Part shown: piece by piece, positions 50,120 to 60,929 of the stretch | How positions within the stretch are numbered: position 1 is the stretch's first letter | Layout of the letters: each line of letters starts with the position of its first letter | Assembly: GCA_030704615.1 (NCBI GenBank) | Contig: CM060734.1 | Span: 24,428,001-24,492,000, forward strand | Direction of reading: 5' to 3' | DNA: 64,000 nt | Source: Takakia lepidozioides | Lineage: Eukaryota; Plantae; Bryophyta | Position numbers and translations under genes: made by a program | Notes under the pieces: generated by a model | What the model was told of the DNA's origin: nothing | What the model saw: only the letters and a program-made list of their open reading frames with translations | The model's database searches: none

Positions 50120-53100
50120 GAGGTTCATCTTTTGAACCATTTTTGAATGACCTCATACTTGTTCGGTACCTGTTTGACGGCATGTAGAATATACTGGCAA
50201 AGTTTCAAAACAATCAAAAATTGCTGAATGAAGATACCATTGGTTCACCCATTGCAATATTTTAAATTGAACTCATACTTGTCCGGTACCTTTAAGAGGG
50301 CATGTACAATGCAATGACAAAGTTTGAAAGCATTTAGAAATTGGCACATCAAGTAACTATTGGTTCCTCCTGTGAACCATTTTTTTTTTATCTCATACTT
50401 GTCCGGTCCATGTAAGAGGCATGTAGAACATACTTGCAAAATTTCAAATCATTCAAATTTTTTTTTATCAAGGAACCTTTGGTTTATCCTTTTCACCATT
50501 AACGATTAATCACAAATAAATGAACATACGCATAAATCATTTGCCTCCAAATGATTTTGGTTCGCTTTGAGACTTGGCCAGTATCTTCAATGTCCCATGG
50601 AAGAGGCCCCAGAGTAATATGAGATCAATCGAAATTTGTTCAATGGGCCAACGGATGGTTGCCCATCCAAATGATTTTCGTTCGCTTTGAGACTTGGCCA
50701 GTGTGTTCAATGTACCCTCTGATAGGTCCCAGTGTAATATGAGATCAATCGAAATTTGTTCAATGGGCCAATGAGGCGTTCAGTTGTCATCTGGTTTTTG
50801 TTCATTGCGAAAAAGAAATCCTGCAATGCGTGCACGGCTATTGCACCCATTGAACGGATGTGGTTGAAGCCCCTCTTTTTCCCGCATGTGCTTGAACATG
50901 TGCACAACAGACGAATAAATCATTTGCCTCCCCATCGACACCAAGCCATTCCATAACGTAATTGAATTTAAATTAATTTTAAGCCAATAAATAAGTTTGC
51001 ACTGCCTTTCATTGGGGGTTTCTGGCACGTATCGATTTTGTTTGTGGCTCAATTTTGTTCTGTGGCTTCCAGCATCCCACCACTACTCCCTCGCCAAAAT
51101 TTGGACCAATAAAAAATGCCCCAAAAAAAAAGTGTTCTCTTCGCTCACTATTGCAGAACTCTCTATAAAGAGTGCATGAAGTTGAACACAAATCAATTTT
51201 TGGAGTGCAAAACAGGGAAGAAACTGTGGTTTTGAGTCCAAATGAATTATGTTCGCTCCCAAATTTGGCACGCACGTTGCATATGGCTACATTACATGCC
51301 TCATTCAAAAAACGAATGAAAAAAAAATAGTGAGCACGCGAAACACAGTCCAACAGGTCCCAAAGCAATAGCAGATTCAACGGAATACATTCAACGGGTG
51401 AACGGATGGTTGCCCATCCAAATCATTTTTGTTTGCTTCCAAACTTTGCCAGTACGTTCGAGACACCCTCTCACAGGTCCGGGACTAATATCAGATCAAT
51501 CGAAATTCATTCAATGGCTCAACGGATGGTTGGCCATCGAGATGATTTTGGTTCGCTTTGAGACTTGGCCAGTATGTTCAATGTGCCATGGAAGAGGCCC
51601 CAGAGTAATATGAGATCAACCGAAATTCGTTCAATGGGCCGACGGATGGTTGCCCATCCAAATGATTTTCGTTCGCTTTGAGACTTGGCCATTGTGTTCA
51701 ATGTACCCTCTGATAGGTCCTAGTGTAATATGAGATCAATCGTTAACGATTAATCATGAATCATCCAACAGGGGAACTGTTGGTTCACCCTTTGAACCAT
51801 TTAACATTGACATCATACTTGTCCAGTAACTTTAAGAGGGCATGTACAAGACACTCGCAAAGTTTTAAATGAATCCAAAATCATTTGGCAGGGGAATGAT
51901 TGGTTCACCCATAGCCAATTTCAGGGGCTGAAATTGCCATTTCACAGGCTACAGTTGCAATTTGAGGGGCGGGAATTGTCATTTCAGGGGCTAGAAGTGC
52001 AATTTGAGGGGTTGGAATTGACAATTTCAAGGGCTCAAATTACAATTTGAGAGGCGGCCGGGGTTGGTCATTTTAGGGACTGGCATTACCAATTTTAAGG
52101 GCTTGAATTGCATTTTGAATTGTAATTCAAGGGTTACAATGGGCCATTGGGGGGCTAGAATTACCAAAGCAATGACATCCAAAGCAATATAAAATCATTT
52201 GATAGCGGAATGATTGGTTCACCCTTTCAACCATTTTTTATTCACGTCATACTTGTTCGGTACTTGTAGGAGGGCATGTGGCTGACACTTGCAAAGCTTC
52301 AAAGCAATGTAAAATCATTTGATAAGGGAACAATTGGTTCACCCTTTCAACCATATTTACTAACCTCATACTTGTCCGGTACCTTTAAAATGGCATGTGA
52401 AAGACACTTGCAAAACTTTAAAGCACTCCAAAATCATTTGATATGTTCATGATTGATTCACCTTTTTAACCATTTTAGATTGATTTGAAACTTGTGAAAG
52501 ACCTGTAAGAGGGCATGTACAAGACACTTGCAAAGTTTCAAATCAATTTAAAATCATTTGGTAGGGGGACGATTGGTTCACCCTTTAAACCATTTTAGAT
52601 TGATGTTATACTTCTCAAAGACGTGTAAGAGGGCATGTAGAAGACACTTGCAAAGTTTCGGAGCAATAAAATATCATTTCATTGGGGAAGTTTCCGTTCA
52701 CCCTTTCATCCAATTTTGAATTGAACTACATTTTTATTAAATAAAATGATTTAGAGGGCATAGGATTGTGGGGCGCAATGAGTGTGGGGTGCAATGATTT
52801 TGTTTTTGGCTTGATTTTGTTCTATGAGTTGAACCCTCACACCACCACATCCTTGCCAAAAAATGTACCAAAGAAAAATGTTTGGAAAAAAACGTTCATC
52901 CTTTGCTCTATGCTCACTATTGCAGAACTCTCTATGAAGAGTGCATGAAGTTGAAGATAACTTCACCTTGGAGTGCAAATGAGGGAATAAAATGTGTTCT
53001 GGATGCAGACGATGTCTGTTCATGGTGATATTTTGCATGCAACTCTTCATGTTGTTATCAAGCATATGGCTTCAGAATGGAATTAAAAACAATTCATGTG

Positions 53101-53440
53101 CAGGCGAAAGGTTGTTTCTCCTTATGAATTTGAATAACCAATTCAAACAGCTTTGTTGAAGTTCAACTTTGGACCATATGTGCTTAAGTACATACAAATC
53201 ACGTACTCAAAGTTGCAAGCAAAGAAATAATCATTTTCCCCCCGAACGACTTGTTAAACCTTTCAACCAATTTTCAATCATGAATCATTTAATAGGGGAA
53301 CTATTGGTTCACCCTTAGAACCATTTTAGATTGACCTTATACTTGTCCAGTAACTTAAAGAGGGCATGTACAACACACTCTCAAAGTTTCAAATCAATCT
53401 AAAATCATTTGGCAGAAGAACGATTGGTTCACCCATTGAC
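50120..53440. repeat. ~120-bp satellite-like monomers in both orientations, plus other repeats
   Basis: Forward unit TTGGTTCACCC..CTCATACTTGTCCGGTAC..AGAGGGCATGTA..CAAAGTTTC..AAAATCATTT at 50120-50500, 51780-51910, 52190-52720 and 53280-53440. A diverged reverse-oriented unit lies at 50545-50770 and 51400-51742. Confidence 0.85.
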
Positions 53441-53590
53441 CCGGTGTACACTGTCACTCTTCAAGATTCGTGGGTGTGGTGCTTGATGACCCAGGTGCCA
53501 TGGCCAAGTAACAAACCATTAAAACATTATGGTACGAGATAAACACAATTGAAAACAACATTTATTCAAACACGATGTACAGTCAGAGGT

Positions 53591-55099
53591 CTACAAGTTT
53601 CTATCTATCCTCCAGCAATTTTTGGGCTCAGGCCAATTGAATAGCCCTGTCATGAAACGCTTCACAACATTTTCTAGTTTATTCCGCAACTCTACTGTGT
53701 CTACACACAAGTTTTCCAGAGCGGAAACAAAACAGGTTCCAGTAGACATATCGTTGAACAGACTTGCATCGAACGTGTTACCTCCATTTATTGTCTGGGC
53801 TATCATCCCAATTGCAAAGGTCTCTGATGGCACGGTTAGAGGGGGCCTACGAGGTGTGCCATCTGATTGGTTGTTGGTTGCATTATGAACAATTGCAATT
53901 TCAGGTGCAATCCACCATCTATGTACGAGAGTCTTTATCATCTTGTCTCTGCTCTCGAAAGTGTACAACGTGGTTTTTGGGTCATCCGTCGTGGAGGCCA
54001 TCCCCCAATCGCATACCCCGATGTACACATCTTCAGACCCTTGTGGAAAATGCAACAAGATGTTGTCGGGGGACATGTCGTTGTGCAAGAGGTGGTGATT
54101 ATGGACGTTGAGCATAATGTGCAAAAGCGTCCATGTCAATTGGGTGCGATTCTATCGGAATCGAACCAGTCGGTTGACCTCCTGCATTTCCTGTTCCGTC
54201 CCCCGTCGTTCCATTAACTCATTGTTATCCCGATCATTCCTCTATTTCCTGTCAATACTCAACCATGATCATATGGTCCCCCCATTCCACCAATGTGTGT
54301 AACTTTCATTTCGATGTGGATGCAACGCAAAATACTTTATGATGCCGAAATGATGGAACTTTACAGCCAATGCCTCATTGTTATGTTGGACTTTGGCAAG
54401 CTCAGCATTTGTTTCCTTGGGCGTTTTCCCTGCTAGCTCCCAAGATGGAGGAATGAATTGATCCCCAACAATTCTAACCCTCCGAATTGTACCATACCAT
54501 CCCTGTTTGGGCGCGTCGAGTTGTTGTACCCGTGCGTTTGTGGATATGTATCTCACGTTCAATACCGCATCCGCGGACGAGGACCCTGCCTTCCATGGGA
54601 GTGGTTTCGTACGTCGTTTGGCGAGGGCCTTTGCCATATCAGACCACCAATCCACAAGCACAAACAACTCCTCCTCCGAAGTTTGCATGCGACCTTCAGC
54701 TACAGGTGTTCTCGTAACAAACTTGTCCATGGTTTGCCTCAGATTCCATGTGGCATCATGGGCCCGGTCCTCCATCCATTTTGTGAACTGGAACTTTGCC
54801 ATGTCCTCCTCCCATTCATCCCCGGCCAAAGCCTCCCTCATTCTCATCTCCATATTGTGCTGGAATCTAAGGAACCCCTCATTCCCATGTCGGACATACA
54901 AAAGATTCAAACGCATTATGTCAATGTCCTTCAAATAATCCAGCACTACTTGCTTCACCACCTTCGCGGCCTCTGCGCTTAGATGCTTTTTTTTGTTGAC
55001 CTGACTATCCCATTCATGTGCATGTTTACGCTTCCTACCTTTACGCCCACTTCCCGAGGAACCCCCTGACACTGCGTTCGAATCAACGTTTCCGGACAT
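53591..55099 (-). pseudogene. Intronless ~500 aa atypical protein kinase, disrupted by three in-frame stops
   Basis: ATG at 55099 (MSGN..RKGRKRK). G-loop KQGWYGTI, LAGK, NNEALA, catalytic HNDMSPDNILL, DWG, WWIAPE and ETFAIG. ORFs 55300-54269 and 54139-53591 are in frame. Confidence 0.87.
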
Positions 55100-55469
55100 G
55101 ATGAAAGTACTATGCGGAATAGACGCGGCTTCGTAACGGAAAACTAAACCCTGACTATTGATAACCTTATATACTAGCAGACCAATTTTCTCACCCTCTA
55201 TTGGTATAGTACCCAAAGCAAACTCTCCCGCAGTCCCAGGAAAAAAAGGCAAAAACTCCTCCCCCACACAAATCCACTTTCTCCCCCCCCCCCCCCACAC
55301 TCAGTCCTAGCCACCAAAGTTCAAACTCCAAGAAGCCCCAGAACCGCATTCACAAAGAGGGAAAAAAATGGGTTGGGAATGAGGGGTAGGCCCTTATATA
55401 CTGCCTGGAGAGGCCTGACGTGCGACCGCCTCTGCTGCCCATTCACGCCTCGCCACGTGTCCAGGGAGC

Positions 55470-55888
55470 GGTCGCACCTAATAACAAAATAGAAAAAGTC
55501 TGCGACCACCACCGGCTGGTGGTCGCACCCATTTAAAAAAAATTAAAAATGTGCGACCATCCCTTGCTGGTGGTCGCACCCATTTAAAAAATAATTAAAA
55601 ATATGCGACCATCCTCTGCTGGTGGTCGTATCTATTTAAAAAAAATGAAAAAGTTGCGACCATCACCTGCTGGTGGTCGCACCTATTTAAGAAAAATAAA
55701 AAAGTTGCGACCAACACCTGCTGGTGGTCGCACCCAATTTAAAAAAAAGAAAAAATGTGCGACCACCCTCTGCTTGTGGTCGCACCCATTTAAAAAATCA
55801 GAAAAAATGTGCGGCCACCCCCTTCTGGTGGTCGTACCTATTTAAAAAAAATAAAAATTTGTCCGACCAACCTTTGCTGACGGTCGCA
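55470..55888. repeat. Hairpin repeat array 3 (same family)
   Basis: About 8 units of TGCGACCA......GCTGGTGGTCGCACC.ATTTAAAAAA with a ~52 bp period. Confidence 0.92.
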
Positions 55889-56128
55889 TGGTTGACAATA
55901 TAAATCATAATATATGAATTTTACAGATAATTAATGAAGTCCACGTAATGAGGCCACATCGGTTGCCACGTCGGTTCTCATAGTAAATAGTCAATAGTAA
56001 AGTAAAAAAATAAACATATTTATGTACAGTAACGTTGGTTTAGGACGTGACGTGACGCACGTCCGTCGCTGACGTCGGACGTGACGCTGACGCGTCAACG
56101 CCACGTCACGTCCAAATTTGCAACTAGG

Positions 56129-56578
56129 CTCACAGCAACACCAATTTTGATAAATCCAAGATGGGATTTACCATTTCATGTACACAATGATGCATCAGGC
56201 ATTGTTTTGGGGGCGGTTCTAGCTCAAAATGTAACGGGCACAATAGATTCACCAATCTATTATGCAAGCAGATTGCTGACAGCAGCTGATAAGAACTATA
56301 GCACCACGGAAAGGGAAACATTGGCAATGATTTATGCTGTTCAAAAGTTTTGGCATTATTTACTTGGCAATCACTTTAAGTTTATTGTTGATCATCAGAC
56401 TCTAGTTCATTTAGCAAATCGACCACTAGCTAGTGGCAGGGTTGCTCGATGGTTATTACTTCTTCATGAGTATGATTTTGAAGTTGTTCATAAACCAGGA
56501 AGATTACATGTTACAGCAGATCATTTGTCAATGATTACTACAGGAGAACCAGCCACAGGAGTAGAGGATCAACTTCCC
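56129..56578 (+). mobile_element. pol: Third copy of the Gypsy RNase H region
   Basis: LTATPILINPRWDLPFHVH.DASG..ADHLS; collinear with 34951-35399. Confidence 0.9.
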
Positions 56579-59251
56579 TACCCAGGCTTGTTGCACCCGC
56601 CAATCAGCAACCCGCTGCAAATCCTTGCTCGTTCCCCATAGTGGGGTGTGAGCAATCATGGTAGGCAACTCCGCCATGCCATGCATGTCATCATGCTCTG
56701 CTGGAGGTAGCACATCCTCTCCATGGGCATTGCCCTCCAACAGCTCTCCAAGCCAACTCACTACAGCTGTGAATGTTGCTAGTGTCGCCATCTTGCCCCG
56801 CTGGGCAACCGCAACTCCCCCAATGAATGTCACAGGGAGCTGTACACGCCGGCCCTCCCCTGACTGCCATCCAGGCCTATAGGAGGCTGTCTCATCCCAA
56901 AAATCTAGGGTGAAGCCTATAGGGTACAACACTGTCCCACCAACTAGGACATCAAAAGAGACCGTGTCTGTCACAATGGCCTTGGCTCGCATCACTGAGC
57001 CATCTATAGGGTGATCCGGCCGTAGTCTGATAGCCAACTCACGCCGTGTCATGCCCCGAGCCTGCTTTGATCCTCCCAGAGATGTCTGTATCTGGAAAGG
57101 ATATGGCTCCATATCCGCCTCTTGCCTGCTGGTCCACTCAAACAAAAAATGCCATCCCGATTGTTTAACAAAACAACCCCAGGTGTCACCATGGCGCACT
57201 CAATGGCTGACCTAGTTGGCAGCTCCGCCAACCTGGTAGCTGCAGCTTGCCATGGCGCCGCCGTGGCAGTCTTGACCCTCAAATCCGAGGATCCCTCCGC
57301 CACTACACCCTCCACTAACTCAACAGAAGATGAAGTGACCTCCTCACTCTCACATAGTGTCGCTGCCAGTCTAAACACTGCAGCTGGTCTTACTCCCATC
57401 ATCGCAATCATAGATGTTGAGAACAATGGAGCCTGACACACAGATGTGGCCGCCCCAACAGCACACTAGCTGTCGTAGCCTTGGCAGCAGGTAGTGGTGC
57501 TGCCCGTGTGGCTCTCCCCAATGACACAGTAACCTCCGCCTTGGTAGCAGTCGGGCGAGAATTACGTGCCATGGATGGCATCGACACTGTCTCCGCCAAT
57601 GTGAATGATTGAGGCAGCCTAGCCTGACGGCTTGCCTCCCCACGCTGTGGATCCAACTCCACCTCTGCACCTCGTGGCTCAGGAACTCGTGCTGCTCCTC
57701 GAGTCATGGCTGCAGCAGACTCCACCTACATTAGTGGTAATGCTACCCTGCACATGAACCCCATGCCTCCCATATCTTCTCCCTCAGGAGCAGGAGATCG
57801 ACCTTCAGTCATTGGAGTTGGTACCACCTAAGCTGTGGCCATGGCAACAAGCCGCTGCTCTAGCTGCTGAAGTCGGTTGGCCATGCCTTGGTCAACACCA
57901 TGACCTCCATGTCCCTGGCCATGCTAAGCTTGCCCTTGGCCTGCACCTCGTGCCTAACCACCTCGTCCCCGGCCACCATTGTTCCGTTGGAACTGGCCTG
58001 GCCGCAGCTCAGGGTGCAAGTCATAACATTGGGCCTCTCCATGCCCAAACTTGCCACAATGCCTACACTGCAACTGTGCAGGCTGTGCCTGTGCTGACCT
58101 TTTGCCTCCCTCTGGGTAATCCTTCTTGACATGGGGTCCTCCACATCTCCGCCCGTTGTTGGCCTGCAAATGAAGGGAGAGACCCCTGCATCTGAGGTCC
58201 TCTTTGTCCTTCCCTAGGCTTCACATGAGCCCCCTTGTTGCCTTGAGCACGTTGGGGTAGTGGTTGGCTAGGAGCACCACTACCCCGTGGTGTCTCCTTA
58301 GCAAGTCCCACCATGATCACTCGTTCCTCCACCATGTTGAGCTCTATCTACTTTGCCAGCAAAAACACATAATTTGCTAAGATGGGTTGGGCCGCTTGTA
58401 GGAGAGATGCATCCTGCACCTTTCTCCTCAGCTCCTTGTCCAATATCCCATACCAAAATTGGACTGCCTGAGCTTCCGTAACCCCTTGGGTTACATTTAT
58501 CAAGCGCCTCATGCGAGTGAAAGCCTCCCTCTACAAGCTCTCAGTAGGCTTCCATTGGAACTCTTGCAAGCTCCGCAACTTCTCTGTCCTCACCCCTTGG
58601 TATTTCCCTCTCAACTCTTCGAAGAACTCCACAACAGGGTTGAAGGCAGGCACGGGTACTGGTGCTGGTGCGGCAGTGGCTTGGGTGGACGTCTTAGCTA
58701 TGGTACCACTAGTCCCACTAGTCCCAAGTTGCTGCTTGTTGAAGCTGCTGGTACAGCTGCAGGTGTAGCCACTGCCCTCGTGGCTCTAGTGCCCCTAGTG
58801 ATGGAAACATAGTTGGCTGACCAGTATATCCTCCACTCCTTGATCTCAACCTCATGCCCCGCCTGAACTCATGGTAATCATCCATGGGCGGCCCCTCAAG
58901 GTGCTGAAACAACCCCTTCCATGCCATGAAAGATGTAAATAGTTGTGGATTGCACATTTGCTGCAAATCACACCAACTATCAAAATCTTGGATAAAATCG
59001 TCCAACTTGATGGTGCCCACTGCTCCAGAGTACCTACGTGGCCCCTTGGTAGCTCCATACGTTGTATCCCACAACAATGGCAATGAAGTAACTTGCACCG
59101 TCGGCGTGAACCCTCCTGATTCGGAGTCTGAATCACAACCTTCCTTGGAAGACACAGGAGGTGAAGGTGGCCTAAACCACACACCTCGTCTCGTGTACCC
59201 ACTAGTATCGCTAATGCTCGAACCGGCATTCTCCCTAACAACTAATGACAC
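56579..59251 (-). mobile_element. gag: Degraded gag and protease-like region of another LTR-type retroelement
   Basis: PRRYSG..KLDDFIQDFDSW..LFQHLEGP (capsid-like); CRHCGKFGHGEAQC zinc knuckle; protease-like C-terminal half FDVLVGGTVL. The catalytic D-S/T-G motif was not seen and appears deleted. Confidence 0.65.
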
Positions 59252-60929
59252 CTCCGTATTGACAAACTGACACTCAACCGGTCATGAACATGTCCCTAAC
59301 CCCCTTTCCACAAGGTAACCGGGTAGAGAACCTGTTGCGGCTTATGGTTTGGAATACTAGGTTTCCTAACATCATCACAAAGTTCCCGAGTCACGGATTT
59401 TTAATAAAATCCGTGCGGATTTCGCCATATGTACAATGTATTCGTACTACATCCGTGGGGTTGGACGTATCTTTATGGCACGGAAGTGACATCCATCACT
59501 GTAATGCGAAAGCCGTGTAATGTTTGACGCAATGATATTTATTACACACGGAATCCGTGTGAAACAACATCCATGCGACAATCGCACGTTAGAGATGGAA
59601 GGCGGACAGAGCATGGAATACGCACGAATTGCACCAATGCAGATTTAGTATCAATTTGGTATCACATTAGAGCCTTGCAATGATTCCGTGTATTTTCACC
59701 ACTCCTTAACTTTATGACAAATAGTCGTGCGAAATCCATGCGATATGGTTCATTGACGATGGTCGTGTAGATTCAGTACCAAATTAGGGCTAGCAGTCGC
59801 TGAGGTTTTTATAGTTATTTGCTTGGGAGGAATCCCTCTCTCCCCAGTTTTATCAGGCATATACGCGGATTATATCAGAAACCAAGTTCTTATATCAAGA
59901 AGCTTTGAATTTTTATGGCATAGGTAGGAGAGAACCCATGGGGTTGGGAGATCATGGAGTGGAGCGCTCTTTGAGTTGACTATGGGACGAAATCCTAGGG
60001 GGTGCACTCTTTATAAAATGTGTGTGTATCACGTGCGTTCGCCGACTAATTTAAAAACCCCTGTAGACGGGTCCTTGGATAATTTATACCTCCTTTGTAC
60101 ATACTTTTTGAAGATTATAAAACCCTCTCTTGTAAATACACATAAACTCTGGGAATTCTGCGAAGCTTTCAATATATGATAGTTTCATTTGTAGATTCCA
60201 TTAGTTCCTGATTCTTCCTACCAAGATACATTGAAGCATAGATTGTCTCTTTCATCCAATCCTTCGCGCCTGACCAAGATTTTCATTATATCCCTGGAGC
60301 CTCAATTGCTTTACGAAAGGCTATCGGAACGCAATCCTAAACAGAAAGCTGTCCAATGTCTTTTTTACCTTTACATTTTTAAAGATTTTCCGTTTTCTAA
60401 AAACGAGGCCGGTCACAAGATGCAATTACTTCCAAACTTGTTTTTTAAAAGCTTCCTCTCCCGCCATTCTCAACTTTTGTTCACCGCTTGGGCATGGACA
60501 AGTCCGATAGTGCCATTGTAGAATCCTCGTTTCTTCGTTTTTCCTTTTCATGAGAATTCCAACTCATCACGCCATTGAATGTAGTTTCTCTGGAAGGTTG
60601 ACCCGGCGAAAACTGTCCAGAAATTTTGTTGTCTTTGTCAATAATGTCTCAAGTGGCAATTGTTTTTTGGTTTAGTTGACTGGTTGCCATCAAGATTTAC
60701 TGCATTTTTTTCTCCAAGTTAGTGAAGGTGGAGCAGCTTAGAATCTTATTTTACTAGGTTCTAGATGTTCTTCACTGCTGAGCAGATTGACGAAATCTCT
60801 GCGTAGGGCTCACATTTCAGGGCTTGATATAAACTTTTTCTTACTGCCGTCTGTTATTCCGGGGTAATTCCACCACTGCTTGTTTGGTGTTACTTTGACA
60901 CTCACTTGTCTCGGTACAATTTGCAAAAG

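Larger units (their letters stand above)
41395..56128 (+). mobile_element. Large composite hAT-like DNA transposon (~14.7 kb) with cargo genes
   Basis: Imperfect termini CAGGGTTGCACA (41395) and TTTGCAACTAGG (56128). Both ends carry ACGTC-rich subterminal blocks sharing GTCGGAC(T/G)TGACGCTGACGCG. TGCGACCACC/GGTGGTCGCA arrays lie at both ends and internally, and a hAT transposase is inside. No TSD. Confidence 0.68.

Noticed and set aside
41387-56136. 8-bp hAT target-site duplication
   Set aside because: Left flank GTTGATGG matches neither CTCACAGC (after 56128) nor GGAGCGAC (after 46193), so the element limits remain inferred.
59333-60200. 5' LTR of the 56579-59251 element starting at TGTTGCGG
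   Set aside because: The position is plausible and ATCCGTG repeats are present, but I found no recognisable PBS, matching far end or second LTR.
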